64,000 nt of DNA from Phycisphaerae bacterium. GTDB taxonomy: Bacteria; Planctomycetota; Phycisphaerae; UBA1845. The stretch is taken from assembly GCA_963666835.2 (NCBI GenBank), contig CAXXGO010000003.1, positions 1-64,000 of the forward strand, read 5' to 3'. This document shows, one piece after another, positions 1 to 9,505 of this stretch. Under the pieces are notes generated by a model. It made no database searches and had not been told where the DNA came from. It worked only from the letters and a program-made list of their open reading frames with translations. Made by a program: the position numbers and the translations under genes. The first letter of the stretch is position 1, and the number at the start of each line of letters is the position of its first letter.

Positions 1-82
1 TCTCGTTCCTCGACGCTGCCCTACGACCCATCGCATGACACGCGTTTTTGCGGCAGGTCTCGTTCCTCGACCGTGCCCTACT
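1..82 (-). repeat. Two GTAG-type REP-like palindromes (GTAGGGCACGGTCGAGGAACGAGACCTGCC family)
   Basis: Copies at 1-24 (truncated by the window edge) and about 52-81. Near-identical copies occur at 50646-50675 and, inverted, at 50705-50733. Confidence 0.7.
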
Positions 83-107
83 AGGTCGCATACCGCTCTC
101 GTTGCTC

Positions 108-934
108 CTAGCCGGCACTCAGCGGGCCTTCGAAGAGTGTCTGGAACTTGGCGTAGTCGGCCAGGTCGACGTCGAGGTCGCCGTCCAGGTCGCCGGGTTT
201 GGCTAATTGGATTACCCAGTACATGATCAGTTCATCGATACCGTATCCGCGATATCGGCGCCGCCCAGTCCGACTACTCCCACGCCGGATAGCCCGTTGG
301 CGTCGCTGTCGTGGAGGATCAGTTCGAAGCAGCCCATGTTCGCCCCGTTGTCGTACAAGCAGATTCCGGATTCGAGAATGGTGTAATCAGGGTCCGGGGT
401 CCAGGTGATTTTGTCCGTGCCGGCCGCGCCGGTGCCCACGTCGAACCGCCAAGACTGAAAGGCGGTGGAGTTTTCCGAGATTGCGCCCGCGGGCACGAGA
501 TCTGAGCCGTCGCTTGTCCAGTAGTTCACTTGAAGGAGATTCGGATCCGGCAGTCCCGGGCCGTTATCCGCTCCCGCGATCCACATATCCACCCCGGAGA
601 TAAGGTTGAGCCCGGCCGTTTCGGTACCGGTGCCGAAAGTGTGGTTGTCCGGAAGATCGTCCAGGTACCAGGCCGTCGTCTCATCCTGAACCAGCGCCGT
701 GGCGTCGAAGGTGTCGTTGGTGGCGTCGCGGGCCGGAGCCGGCGGGAAGCTATCGCTTCGCGCGCTTAGCAGGTTGGCCGGTGGCGCCTTCGAGGCTGTT
801 GCTGACAACACGGTCTTGGCCTGGATGGCGGGTCGGGTTCTCAGATCCTGAGGATCGTGGCCGAAGACCGGAAGCAACAAACCGCAGATTCCCACGAGCG
901 CTAAACCGGTTATCAGGTGACTCTTCTTTGACAT
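108..934 (-). CDS. Secreted protein with C-terminal dockerin-like (EF-hand-like) motif; apparent 1-nt deletion near 247
   Basis: Signal-peptide-like start MSKKSHLITGLALVGICGLLLPVFG. The ORF stops at 227, but the shifted frame continues GYGIDELIMYWVIQLAKPGDLDGDLDVDLADYAKFQTLFEGPLSAG* to a TAG at 108-110, matching the tails of the 55-62 kb proteins. Confidence 0.7.
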
Positions 935-1346
935 GCTATTCCCCTTCCTGAATTCGTTAATACGCAAGACCGGTCGAACTCCGCCGGCCACCTTATTCCG
1001 CTGAGAATCCGCAGTTAGTTCGGTCGTCGCCCGCGACCGGAGGCTGTGGAGACCCCGATACCGACCCCTATGGTAAGGATTATCGGGTCCCGAGTCCAAG
1101 AGAAATCTGCCAAGTTCTGAAGATGGCCGGCAGCCCGTTCCTGCCGCTAAGCCGTTTGAGTGCGGTCGGGCGTGTCTGCGACCGCCGGTTCTCGCCGTGA
1201 GGCCACGCGGTGCCGGAACCGCATGCTCCGGCGCCTACTGCTCCGTGGTTGCTCGCCAGCGGTGTTTTCGTGATACTCTGGTGACCGGCATCGTGCTCTT
1301 TAACGTGTCCGGACACTAATCCTTTCGCAACGGTTGTGAGGGCGAC

Positions 1347-3718
1347 ATGGCGAGTACAACGGGCAGCAACAATGATGGGCCGGCAAGGCGCGGGGTTCTT
1401 TCGCTGATCGGGAATACGCCGCTGGTGCCGATGCTTCATCTCAGTCCCAATCCGGCGGTGGAGATCTTAGCGAAGATCGAGAAAACCAGCCCGGGAGGGT
1501 CGGTCAAGGATCGGATCGGCCTGTGGATGATCGAACAGGGCCAGCGTTCGGGGAGAACTCACCGAAGGTAAGACCATTATCGAAGCCACCAGCGGCAACA
1601 CCGGCATCGGCTTAGCCGTGGTCGCGGCCAGCAAGGGGGTTTCCGATTCTGCTGGTCATGAGCGAAGGCGTTTCGGTGGAGCGGCGGAAGATTCTCGCCG
1701 CCCTCGGCGCGGAGTTTCTGCTCACCCCGGCCGACCGGGGAACGGACGGCGCCATCGAGCGGGCCTATGAGCTGGCGGCCGAGGATCCGGATCGCTTCTT
1801 TATGCCGGACCAGTTCAACAACCCGGCGAACGTGCTGGCCCACTACCACACCACGGCTCCGGAGATCTGGGCGCAGACCGACGGGCGGATAACGCACTTC
1901 GTGGCCACGATGGGTACGACGGGTACGCTGATGGGTTGCTCGCGGCGTTTCCGCGAGCTCAATCCGCGGATTCGCACCATCGGGGTGGAGCCCTATTTGG
2001 GGCACCGTATCCAGGGTCTGAAGAATCTTAAAGAGGCCTACCTTCCCGGCATTTATGATTCGACCGGGCATGACGAGAAGGTCAACATCGAAGACGACGA
2101 CGCGTACGAGATGGCCCGGCGCCTCGCCCGCGAGGAGGGGCTGCTGGTGGGGATGAGTTCGGGAGCGGCGATGCACGCCGCGTGTGAGCTGGCCGGTCAG
2201 ATCGAATCTGGCGTGATCGTAACGATTCTGGCCGACGGCGGCGATCGGTATCTGTCTACGCCGTTGTTCCAGGTCGCCGAACCCGAGGCCGTCAGCGTCA
2301 AGCTGAATTTCTTCAATACGTTGACCCGTCGCTATGAACCGTTCGAGCCGTTGTCGAAGGGTACCGAGGCTACGATGTATTCGTGCGGACCGACGGTGCA
2401 TCGCAGGCCCCACCTGGGCATTCTGCGGCGGATGCTGGCGGACGACCTTATCCGGCGCACGCTCGAGTTCGCTGGTTATACGGTCAAGCATGTGGTGTGC
2501 ATTACGGACGTGGACGACACCACGATTCAGGAGGCCGAGCGCACCGGCGAGCCGCTCGCCGAGCTGTGCGCCAGACATGAAGCGGAGTTCCACGAGGATC
2601 TTAAGGCGCTCGGCGTGAATCCGGCCGACGTTTACGCCCGCTCGTCGGAGTCGGTGGATGAGATGATTGCGCTGACCCGACGGCTGGTTGATACGGGTTA
2701 TGCCTACGAGAAGCTCAACTCGGTTTACTTCAATATCGGCCGGGTGAAGACCTATGGGGAGATTTCCGGCAAAGACCTCGGCAAGATTAAGATCGGGGCA
2801 ACGGTGGATCTGGAACGCTATGAGAAGGACGACCCGCGCGATTTCACGCTCATGCGACGTTCGACTCTGAGTGAACTGCGCAAGGGGCTAAGCTTCAAGA
2901 CTGAGTGGGGCAACGTGCGTCCGAGTTGGCACGTGCAATGCCCGGCGATGGCCCGTATTCACCTGGGTGACCGGTTCGACATCCACACCGGTTCGGTCGA
3001 CCTGATCTTCCCGCATCACGAAAACGAGCTGGCTCAGTGCCGCGCCCTTGGCGGTGAGCCCCAGGCTCGTTACTGGCTCCATTCCGAGTTGGTGCTGACC
3101 GCCGGGAAGAAAATGACCGATACGGAGGGGGTTCGCGAGACTCTCCCGGATCTGATTCAGCGAGGCTACTCGGCGCGGGAGATTCGTTTCTTCCTGCTTC
3201 GGACGCACTATCGCCAGCCGGTCCACCTTACTGATGAACGGCTGGAGGCCGCGCGGACCTCGCTGCGAAGATTGGACGAGTTCGTGGCCAATCTGGCGAA
3301 CTTCCCGGTCACGGAGACCCGGGCGGTCGAGGTCGAGGTGGAAGGTTGGATCAGTGAGATGAAGGAGGAGTTTCACCGGGCGCTGTTCAATGATATGAAC
3401 ATCTCTGCGGCGCTCGCGGCGTTGTTCAGTCTGGTCAGGAAGGTCAATTACCTGATGCACCAGGGGCGACTCCACCGCGAAGACGTCGGCGTGGTGATGG
3501 ACGGTCTGCGCTCGGTGGATGAGGTGCTGGGAATCCTGCCGCCGTCGGAAGAACCTGAAGATCTGCCCGCAGAGATCGAAGATCTTATGCGTCAGCGTGA
3601 CAAGGCCAGGGAGGCGAAGGACTTTGCCCAAGCCGACGAGATCCGTGACACCCTGGCCGGCCTCGGTTACATAGTGGAAGACGTCCTCGGCGGCACGCGC
3701 GTGAAGCGGAAGATCTAA
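1347..3718 (+). CDS. cysM-cysS: Cysteine synthase (CysM-type, PLP) fused to cysteine--tRNA ligase-like domain; two +1 frameshifts in G runs (about 1538-1553 and 1635-1639)
   Basis: PGGSVKDR (PLP Lys), IIEATSGNTGIG (intermediate frame 1555-1638), MGTTGT and DGGDRYLST, followed in frame by YSCGPTV, WHVQC, DLIFPHHENE and the anticodon-domain motif AREAKDFAQADEIRD. About 789 aa if both extra bases are removed. Confidence 0.9.
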
Positions 3719-3736
3719 CCGGGGAACTCAGCGGTC

Positions 3737-3799
3737 GGGTGGCCCATCTCCTCAGAGGTGGGGGATTCCGGGTGGCATGGGCTAACTTGTTAGCCCGTG
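3737..3799 (+). repeat. Two GGGTGG-led REP-like palindromes downstream of cysM-cysS
   Basis: GGGTGGCCCATCTCCTCAGAGGTGGGG and GGGTGGCATGGGCTAACTTGTTAGCCCGTG. Homologous units recur at 5782-6070. Confidence 0.7.
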
Positions 3800-3899
3800 T
3801 GGCATCATGACAACGAAATGTCACCCTGATCGGAGCGAGCGCCCGCGTGTTGGACATCCGTAGCGTACGACGCGTAGACTTCCGCCTGAGCCCATGCAA

Positions 3900-4772
3900 C
3901 TACGACGACGTCAGAACAACGCAGGTACCGGTGTACTCCTGCGTGTCCATGAAGTCGTCGCTGAGCTGCACGGTTACCGTAACAGTGATGACCGGATCAA
4001 CTCCGATGATTGTCACGATCGTTCGGGCGGCGCCGGGCTGATCGAAGGACGCGCCGGTCGAGTACCATCGATACGTGGGCGTTCCGACCGGATCGACTCC
4101 GGTCACACTGGCATTCAGGACCGCGGTCTCTCCGAAACTTGCTTGGGTGGGGCACCCAGAGATCTCCACTGCGATTCCCGGGTCCGTGCAGGTTCCGCTT
4201 GATTCATCGCAGGTCTGGTCGGAGTCGCAGGGCTCGTCGCCGTCGATGCAGACTTCTTCAGAGCAGGTCTCCGCCCCGTTGCAGAAAACGCCGTCGTCGC
4301 AATCCGCATCCGTCAGGCACTCGGGTTCTTCTTCCAACTCGCACTCACCGGTCTCCGGATTGCACAAGTAGCCGTCGGAACACGCAATCGGCGTATTCGT
4401 GCAGCCGCCGGTGGCGTTGGAGACATCGGTAGTGCACGGGTTACCGTCGTCGCACGGGTCGATCTCGGTGGAGGTTACGCATTGACCGAGCTGCGGATGG
4501 CAGGCGCTGCCTTCGGGACATTGCATCGGGGTATACTCGCATTCCGCTTCGCCATCGTCGCCTACCACGCAGGTGTCGACCGTGCAGAGGTTGCTGTCAT
4601 CGCAGACGACGTCCGCGCAAACACCCTGGGTGTCGTCGGCGGGATCGGCGTTTGCATCCAAGCTCCCGCCATCGCCGATCGACGAAGTCGTGCAGCCCCC
4701 TGCGATTAGGGTTGCCGCAACGAACAACGCCCAGCTGGCGATGACTTCCGATAGCCTGATCTTATGCCTCAT
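3900..4772 (-). CDS. Cysteine-rich lipoprotein (CDDGNPCTxD-type repeats, C-terminal beta-rich domain)
   Basis: Lipobox-like IAGGC, repeats CDDSNLCTVDTC / CDDGNPCTTD / CDDGVFCNGAETC, and a beta-strand-rich C-terminus. Confidence 0.8.
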   Translation of the reverse strand: MRHKIRLSEVIASWALFVAATLIAGGCTTSSIGDGGSLDANADPADDTQGVCADVVCDDSNLCTVDTCVVGDDGEAECEYTPMQCPEGSACHPQLGQCVTSTEIDPCDDGNPCTTDVSNATGGCTNTPIACSDGYLCNPETGECELEEEPECLTDADCDDGVFCNGAETCSEEVCIDGDEPCDSDQTCDESSGTCTDPGIAVEISGCPTQASFGETAVLNASVTGVDPVGTPTYRWYSTGASFDQPGAARTIVTIIGVDPVITVTVTVQLSDDFMDTQEYTGTCVVLTSS

Positions 4773-4852
4773 ACCGGATACCCCTTTCTGCGGGTATTGT
4801 AGGTTCTGAGGACTGTCCGGTCGATAATTGCGCCGAAGGCACTACCTGGCGG

Positions 4853-5725
4853 CTAATCGGGCATCTGCACGTACGCCATTAGCTTGTAGGCCAGCCGAGC
4901 CGCGAGGAATTCAGTGACGACCTGGCCGGGGATGGGCGCGACCTCGACAATATCGGCCGCCACGATGGTCTTTTCGGCCGCCACGAGCCGAAGCAGGCTG
5001 ACTACCTGATACCAATCCAGCCCACCCGGCTCCGGGGTGCCCGTGCCCGGAGCGTACGCCGGGTCGAATCCGTCTATGTCGATGGTTACGTAGACCTTCT
5101 CGCCGAGAGCATCGAGGACGCGGTCGACCCACCCGTCTTCGAAGAGGCAGTCACGGGCGGTGACCGGGTTGATCCCGCTTCGTTTCATGAACCGGTGCTC
5201 TTCCGCGGCAACGCAGCGAATCCCGACCGGGACGATCGTAGCGCCCAGCTCAACGACCCGCCGCATGACGCAAGCGTGAGAAAGCGGGGAGCCGTGGTAG
5301 CGGTCGCGCAGATCCGCGTGGGCGTCGATCTGCAGCACGGACAGCTTCTTGTGTTTGGTCATGACCGCGCGGACCAGCGGGGCGGTGACGCTGTGGTCGC
5401 CGCCTAAGCTGAAAAGGAACTTCTCGTCGCGCACCACTCGGCGAGAGCTCTTGAAGATCTCCTCGTGCATTGCCTCGGGGCCGCTTACGATCGGTTCGAT
5501 CTCGTCCAGAGTGGCTATGCCGCAGTCATAGCACTCCCCCGCCAGCTCTTCGTCGAACTCCTCGACGTGGTGAGAGGCGTGGATGATTGCTCGGGGGCCG
5601 TTACGGGCTCCGGTCTGATAGCTGGTCGTGGCGTCATAGGGGATCGGCAATACTGCGAAAGCCGCCTTGTCATAGACGGAATACCGCGGCTCCAGAGCCA
5701 GGAAGCCATTGGGGGTTGTACTCAT
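4853..5725 (-). CDS. speB: Agmatinase
   Basis: Ureohydrolase motifs GGDHS, DAHAD and DIDGFDPAYAPGTGTPEPGG; clustered with an arginine decarboxylase. Confidence 0.93.
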   Translation of the reverse strand: MSTTPNGFLALEPRYSVYDKAAFAVLPIPYDATTSYQTGARNGPRAIIHASHHVEEFDEELAGECYDCGIATLDEIEPIVSGPEAMHEEIFKSSRRVVRDEKFLFSLGGDHSVTAPLVRAVMTKHKKLSVLQIDAHADLRDRYHGSPLSHACVMRRVVELGATIVPVGIRCVAAEEHRFMKRSGINPVTARDCLFEDGWVDRVLDALGEKVYVTIDIDGFDPAYAPGTGTPEPGGLDWYQVVSLLRLVAAEKTIVAADIVEVAPIPGQVVTEFLAARLAYKLMAYVQMPD

Positions 5726-5781
5726 GATTCACCTAGCAATAATCGGCGACTAATCCAAGAGGCGGTGACCCGCCCAAGACG

Positions 5782-6070
5782 GGGTGGCCCGCCTCTTTAG
5801 AGGTGGGGGACTCGGACCAGTTCCGTGTTTATGTCCCCCACGGCCAAAGCCATGGGCCACCCGTCCACCCGACCCAGCTTGGAATACACGGGCAAACAAG
5901 TTTGCCCATGCCACCCGTGTCCGCCCGCGAGGCTGGGAAGCCCGCTTCTTCAGAGGTGGGGGGCTCGGACCAGTTCCGTGTTTGTTTCCCCCACGGCTAA
6001 AGCCATGGGCCACCCGTCCGAACCAGTTCCGGGTTTATTTCCCCCTACGGCTGAAGCCATAGGCCACCCG
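5782..6070. repeat. Cluster of REP-like palindromes (BIME-like mosaic)
   Basis: Three copies of CCCC(C/A)ACGGCxAAAGCCATGGGCCACCC, two of GCCCGC..AGAGGTGGGGG, one of CACGGGCAAACAAGTTTGCCCATGCCACCC, and a repeated ACCAGTTCCG linker. Confidence 0.8.
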
Positions 6071-6102
6071 GCTCACCTCTCAGTTGCGCTACCCCGAAAA
6101 CG

Positions 6103-7242
6103 CTAGCGTTCCCCGAAATACTCCGGATGCTGCTGACGCAGCCGGGGGTTTTTTGCTGCAGTCTCCCGTAAGACCTCCGTAAGCTCTTCCAACCGCCGGA
6201 AGAGCCGACGCTGCCGGCGCGGCTTCGCCCGCGCCATGGCGTATTGGGTAATCAGTGGGAAACTGATCGACGCACACGAATAAACGACGATGTTGTTGGC
6301 ATGGGCGTCCTTGACCTTCCCCCAGCTTCGAGCCTCGGAGGGCGTGGCCCCGGACAATCCGCCCCAGTGGGGAGAATCGATCGTAAGCTGAAGGAAGTAG
6401 TCATGCCCACCCTTGCTGGTATCGAGCAGAATCTGGTGTAGCGTCGGTTGGGTCTGCATGTAGAAGTTCTTCGGCGATCCGCCGCCGATGACAAACGCCC
6501 CGTTAGTATCCGCATCACGGACAATCGCCGCGGTTTCGATCACGTCCAGCAGGGGGTTAAGTGGGATCGGCCGGTCGAACATGTGCGGGATTATCAGATT
6601 CATGCCGATCGACGAATCGCCCGGGGACGACGTGTAGACGGGAACATCGTTCTCGGCTGCGATAGCCAACACGGATTTCTCCGGATGCGGAGCCCTCTCT
6701 CGGATCGTCTGGCCGAGCTGGTAGTGCAGGGATGCCGAGGAGAACGGTCTAGTTACATCAATCTGGTCAACCGCGTCGAGTATCACCGAGTCGGTTGCCA
6801 TCAAGGTGTCGTCGTCCGCGATATAAGTGTCGTAAATGCGTGCAACACCGGCGTCTGCCAGCACGTTATCGTCGACGTTAGAGTCGCCCTGGACCATCGG
6901 GAAGTTGAACGGTCGGTGCAGGTCATGATAGAGGTTCGCCCCGGTGGAGATGATGAAGTCGACGAATCCGTGTTCGATAAGGGAGATGCAGATCCCGCTC
7001 ATCCCGATCGGGGTCATGGCTCCTGCTAGGGTCAACCCGACGGTGGCGTCGGCCTCAAGCATGCGGGTGAGAAGCTGAGCCCCTTCCGCGAGCTTGCGGG
7101 CGTTGAACCCGCTGCGGGCGAACACATTGTCGAGAAGATCGGCGGTACTCTCGTTTCCGATTAGTTTGAGCGGCTCGATTAACTCTCCGCTCAGCCAATC
7201 GCTACGGCTGAGGCAGTCATTGTGGTGTCGGTCAGAGTTCAC
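6103..7242 (-). CDS. Deoxyhypusine synthase-like protein (probable homospermidine synthase)
   Basis: DHS-family motifs STGANLYHD, GGGSPKNF and GGLSGATPSEARSWGKV (catalytic Lys); lies between pdaD and speB. Confidence 0.88.
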   Translation of the reverse strand: MNSDRHHNDCLSRSDWLSGELIEPLKLIGNESTADLLDNVFARSGFNARKLAEGAQLLTRMLEADATVGLTLAGAMTPIGMSGICISLIEHGFVDFIISTGANLYHDLHRPFNFPMVQGDSNVDDNVLADAGVARIYDTYIADDDTLMATDSVILDAVDQIDVTRPFSSASLHYQLGQTIRERAPHPEKSVLAIAAENDVPVYTSSPGDSSIGMNLIIPHMFDRPIPLNPLLDVIETAAIVRDADTNGAFVIGGGSPKNFYMQTQPTLHQILLDTSKGGHDYFLQLTIDSPHWGGLSGATPSEARSWGKVKDAHANNIVVYSCASISFPLITQYAMARAKPRRQRRLFRRLEELTEVLRETAAKNPRLRQQHPEYFGER

Positions 7243-7351
7243 AGATCCATTCCCTGGCGTTGAGATTGCCTCTGACGGGCATTGCGATATCCTGCGGTAC
7301 GTTCGCGAGCCGCGGAAGACGATAGGCGCAGGTTCCGCTGCGCCCGTGCGA

Positions 7352-7906
7352 TCAGGGCAGTAGCACCGCGGCGGCGAGGGCGGTCGTCCAGAGTCCGTTC
7401 TTGTCTCCCTCGGCGGTCTGAACCACCGCGCGCGTGCGAACGATTATGCCCTTGGCCTGGTAGATCTCCTTCCGTTCGTTGTACGCCTTGTCCGGGTCGA
7501 GGTCGATTCCCTGGGTCCGGGCGAGCATCGCGGCGGCCATGTCCTCAACATAATCCGCGCAAGCCCGGTGCGTCATGCCGAACCCGTGATGTTCGGAGAT
7601 GTACCCGTATTGGGATTCGTTGGCGGGCACAGCCAGTCCGATCCCGGCACCGGTTAGTCGGTTAGGCTCGTTGGTGCGAGATTCCGCCATCACGCAGAAT
7701 ACTATTTCTCCGGGAGAAAGCTGGGCGAGTCCTTTAGCCCGGGAGACGATCTTGCAATGGGGGGGGTAAATGCTGCTCACCCGTACCAAGTTGAACGCGG
7801 CGATGCCGGCGTCCCGCAAAGCCTCCTCAAACGACTGCAGATTCTCTCGATGTTTGCCCATCCCCTTCGTGAAGAACATCTTTGTGGGAACAAAGTGACC
7901 GTTCAA
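7352..7906 (-). CDS. pdaD: Pyruvoyl-dependent arginine decarboxylase
   Basis: SFEEALRDAGIAAFNLVRVSSI self-cleavage motif, GYISEHH, and C-terminal WTTALAAAVL. Confidence 0.92.
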   Translation of the reverse strand: MNGHFVPTKMFFTKGMGKHRENLQSFEEALRDAGIAAFNLVRVSSIYPPHCKIVSRAKGLAQLSPGEIVFCVMAESRTNEPNRLTGAGIGLAVPANESQYGYISEHHGFGMTHRACADYVEDMAAAMLARTQGIDLDPDKAYNERKEIYQAKGIIVRTRAVVQTAEGDKNGLWTTALAAAVLLP

Positions 7907-8018
7907 TGGCGAAGCTCCGAGTTAGGGGGTAATCGCAGTCCACCTCGGACGGCGCGCTGCGATTATAACGAGCCAGCTGCCGGCGACAATTGGTACTTGT
8001 TGGGTATTTGCGTCGGTT

Positions 8019-8648
8019 TCAGATAGTATCAGAGCCCGGCCCGTGGTCTAACAGGAGTTCGATCTCCTTGCGGATTGCCAAAAAGGCCCGTGCTCGATGG
8101 CTGATACGGTTCTTTTCTTGCGGATCCATCTCCGCCGCAGTCATGTTGCAGTCGGGGACGAAGAAATGCGGGTCGTAACCGAACCCGTTGGCGCCGCGCC
8201 CGTTGTTGATGATCAGGCCCTCCCAGACGCCGTGGGCAACCGCGAGCATTTCCTGCGGTGTTGCCAAGACGGCAACGCATCGGAACCGTGCCGTGCGCGC
8301 GTCGTGAGCGACTCCCGCCAGCTCTTCGATGAGCTTGGCGTTGTTCGCGGCTGAATCACATTCCGGGCCGGCGTAACGGGCAGAGTGGATACCCGGCCTT
8401 CCGCCGAGGGGATCAACTTCGAGCCCGGAGTCGTCGGCCAGGGTCCACAATCCCGTAAGGCCCGCGTAATGCGCGGCTTTCAGTCGAGCGTTGTCTTCAA
8501 AGCTGTCGGCATTCTCCACTGCTTCCGGCAGAGAGCCCATGTTGGAGAGGCCCTCAAGGTTGATGGCAAGGCCCGCCAGGATCGCTCGGACCTCTCGCAG
8601 CTTGCCGGGGTTCGTCGTGGCGACCAGGATGGTCTCCCGGGCTACCAT
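8019..8648 (-). CDS. rdgB: Non-canonical purine NTP pyrophosphatase (RdgB/HAM1)
   Basis: ATTNPGKLRE, ADDSGL, GFGYDP and KNRISHR motifs. Confidence 0.95.
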   Translation of the reverse strand: MVARETILVATTNPGKLREVRAILAGLAINLEGLSNMGSLPEAVENADSFEDNARLKAAHYAGLTGLWTLADDSGLEVDPLGGRPGIHSARYAGPECDSAANNAKLIEELAGVAHDARTARFRCVAVLATPQEMLAVAHGVWEGLIINNGRGANGFGYDPHFFVPDCNMTAAEMDPQEKNRISHRARAFLAIRKEIELLLDHGPGSDTI

Positions 8649-9505
8649 GGGGCCGAAGCCTCCTTGTGGGGAATGTGGACGAGTCGCGAGGGCATGCGCA
8701 CCTTGTTGCCTTTCTCGGTCCGTGCCCGATAAACAGCCCCGTTGAGCCGGTTGTACATCAGGAGTTCGTCGCTCTGTTGCAGTTTTATGACCTCGGCGCT
8801 GTAAGTCGGCAATCCTCGTGATTGCGAGATCACTGCTTGGGGGCCGAAGACCCCTACCGTTACCAGGCTGGAGGACTCCGTGTGGTAGTAATAGGCTTCG
8901 TAGCCCTTCTCGCGGAGCAGCTTGCAGAACTCCGCCGCGGCCTGCTTGTATTGCCAGAACTCGTCCGTGGGCTCGAAAACGCCCACCTGTAGGGAGTACA
9001 TCCCCTCGACTCTGGAAAGGTCCCAGTTAGGGTTGCCCACATGGGGTGTGGGCACGCGCACGACGCGCGCGCCCATGAAGAAGTACTGCCCCGGGCCGGT
9101 TCCCAGCTCCTTGATGAACTTCAAATCGTTCGTCAATCGTTGCGGGGTTGAGCGCACCCCGGTCTTCCGGTCGCTCTTGCGATAGTAAACACCGTAGTAC
9201 AACCGTGCCACTCCGTCAGCGTCGTCGGTGGTGCTAACCTCGTCCGGCCGTATCCCGTCGGTCCGTCTCAAAGTGTCGGCGATCTGTTCCAGTCGCTCGA
9301 CATGATGGGGCCCTTGCAACTCCAGGCAGAGAATCGTCCAGGGGCTGCCCTTGGGGCTGAATAGGGAGCGAGACTGCCCCTGCTGGAAGTCCGGCGAGCT
9401 GCTAGGTCCGGGCGCACACCCGGGTATCGTCACCATGCCTGCCGCGAACAGTGCAACCAGCGGCGCGCTCAGTCTTGCCGGTATGGAAGGCACGGTCCTG
9501 CTCAT
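8642..9505 (-). CDS. Hypothetical lipoprotein, possibly with SPOR-like domains
   Basis: Lipobox-like [12 protein letters not shown]...LREKGYEAY...VTVGVF pattern; overlaps rph and rdgB, suggesting translational coupling. Confidence 0.65.
   Translation of the reverse strand: MSRTVPSIPARLSAPLVALFAAGMVTIPGCAPGPSSSPDFQQGQSRSLFSPKGSPWTILCLELQGPHHVERLEQIADTLRRTDGIRPDEVSTTDDADGVARLYYGVYYRKSDRKTGVRSTPQRLTNDLKFIKELGTGPGQYFFMGARVVRVPTPHVGNPNWDLSRVEGMYSLQVGVFEPTDEFWQYKQAAAEFCKLLREKGYEAYYYHTESSSLVTVGVFGPQAVISQSRGLPTYSAEVIKLQQSDELLMYNRLNGAVYRARTEKGNKVRMPSRLVHIPHKEASAPW

Noticed and set aside
1100..1346. Possible T-box or SAM leader ahead of cysM-cysS
   Set aside because: No T-box (GGTGGNACC) antiterminator, terminator or SAM-I core was recognised.
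5750..6106. Short ORFs and repeated units that could be taken for a CRISPR array or small genes
   Set aside because: Repeats are palindromic, in mixed orientation, with repeated rather than unique spacers and no cas genes. They are REP-like, and the ORFs just translate the repeats.
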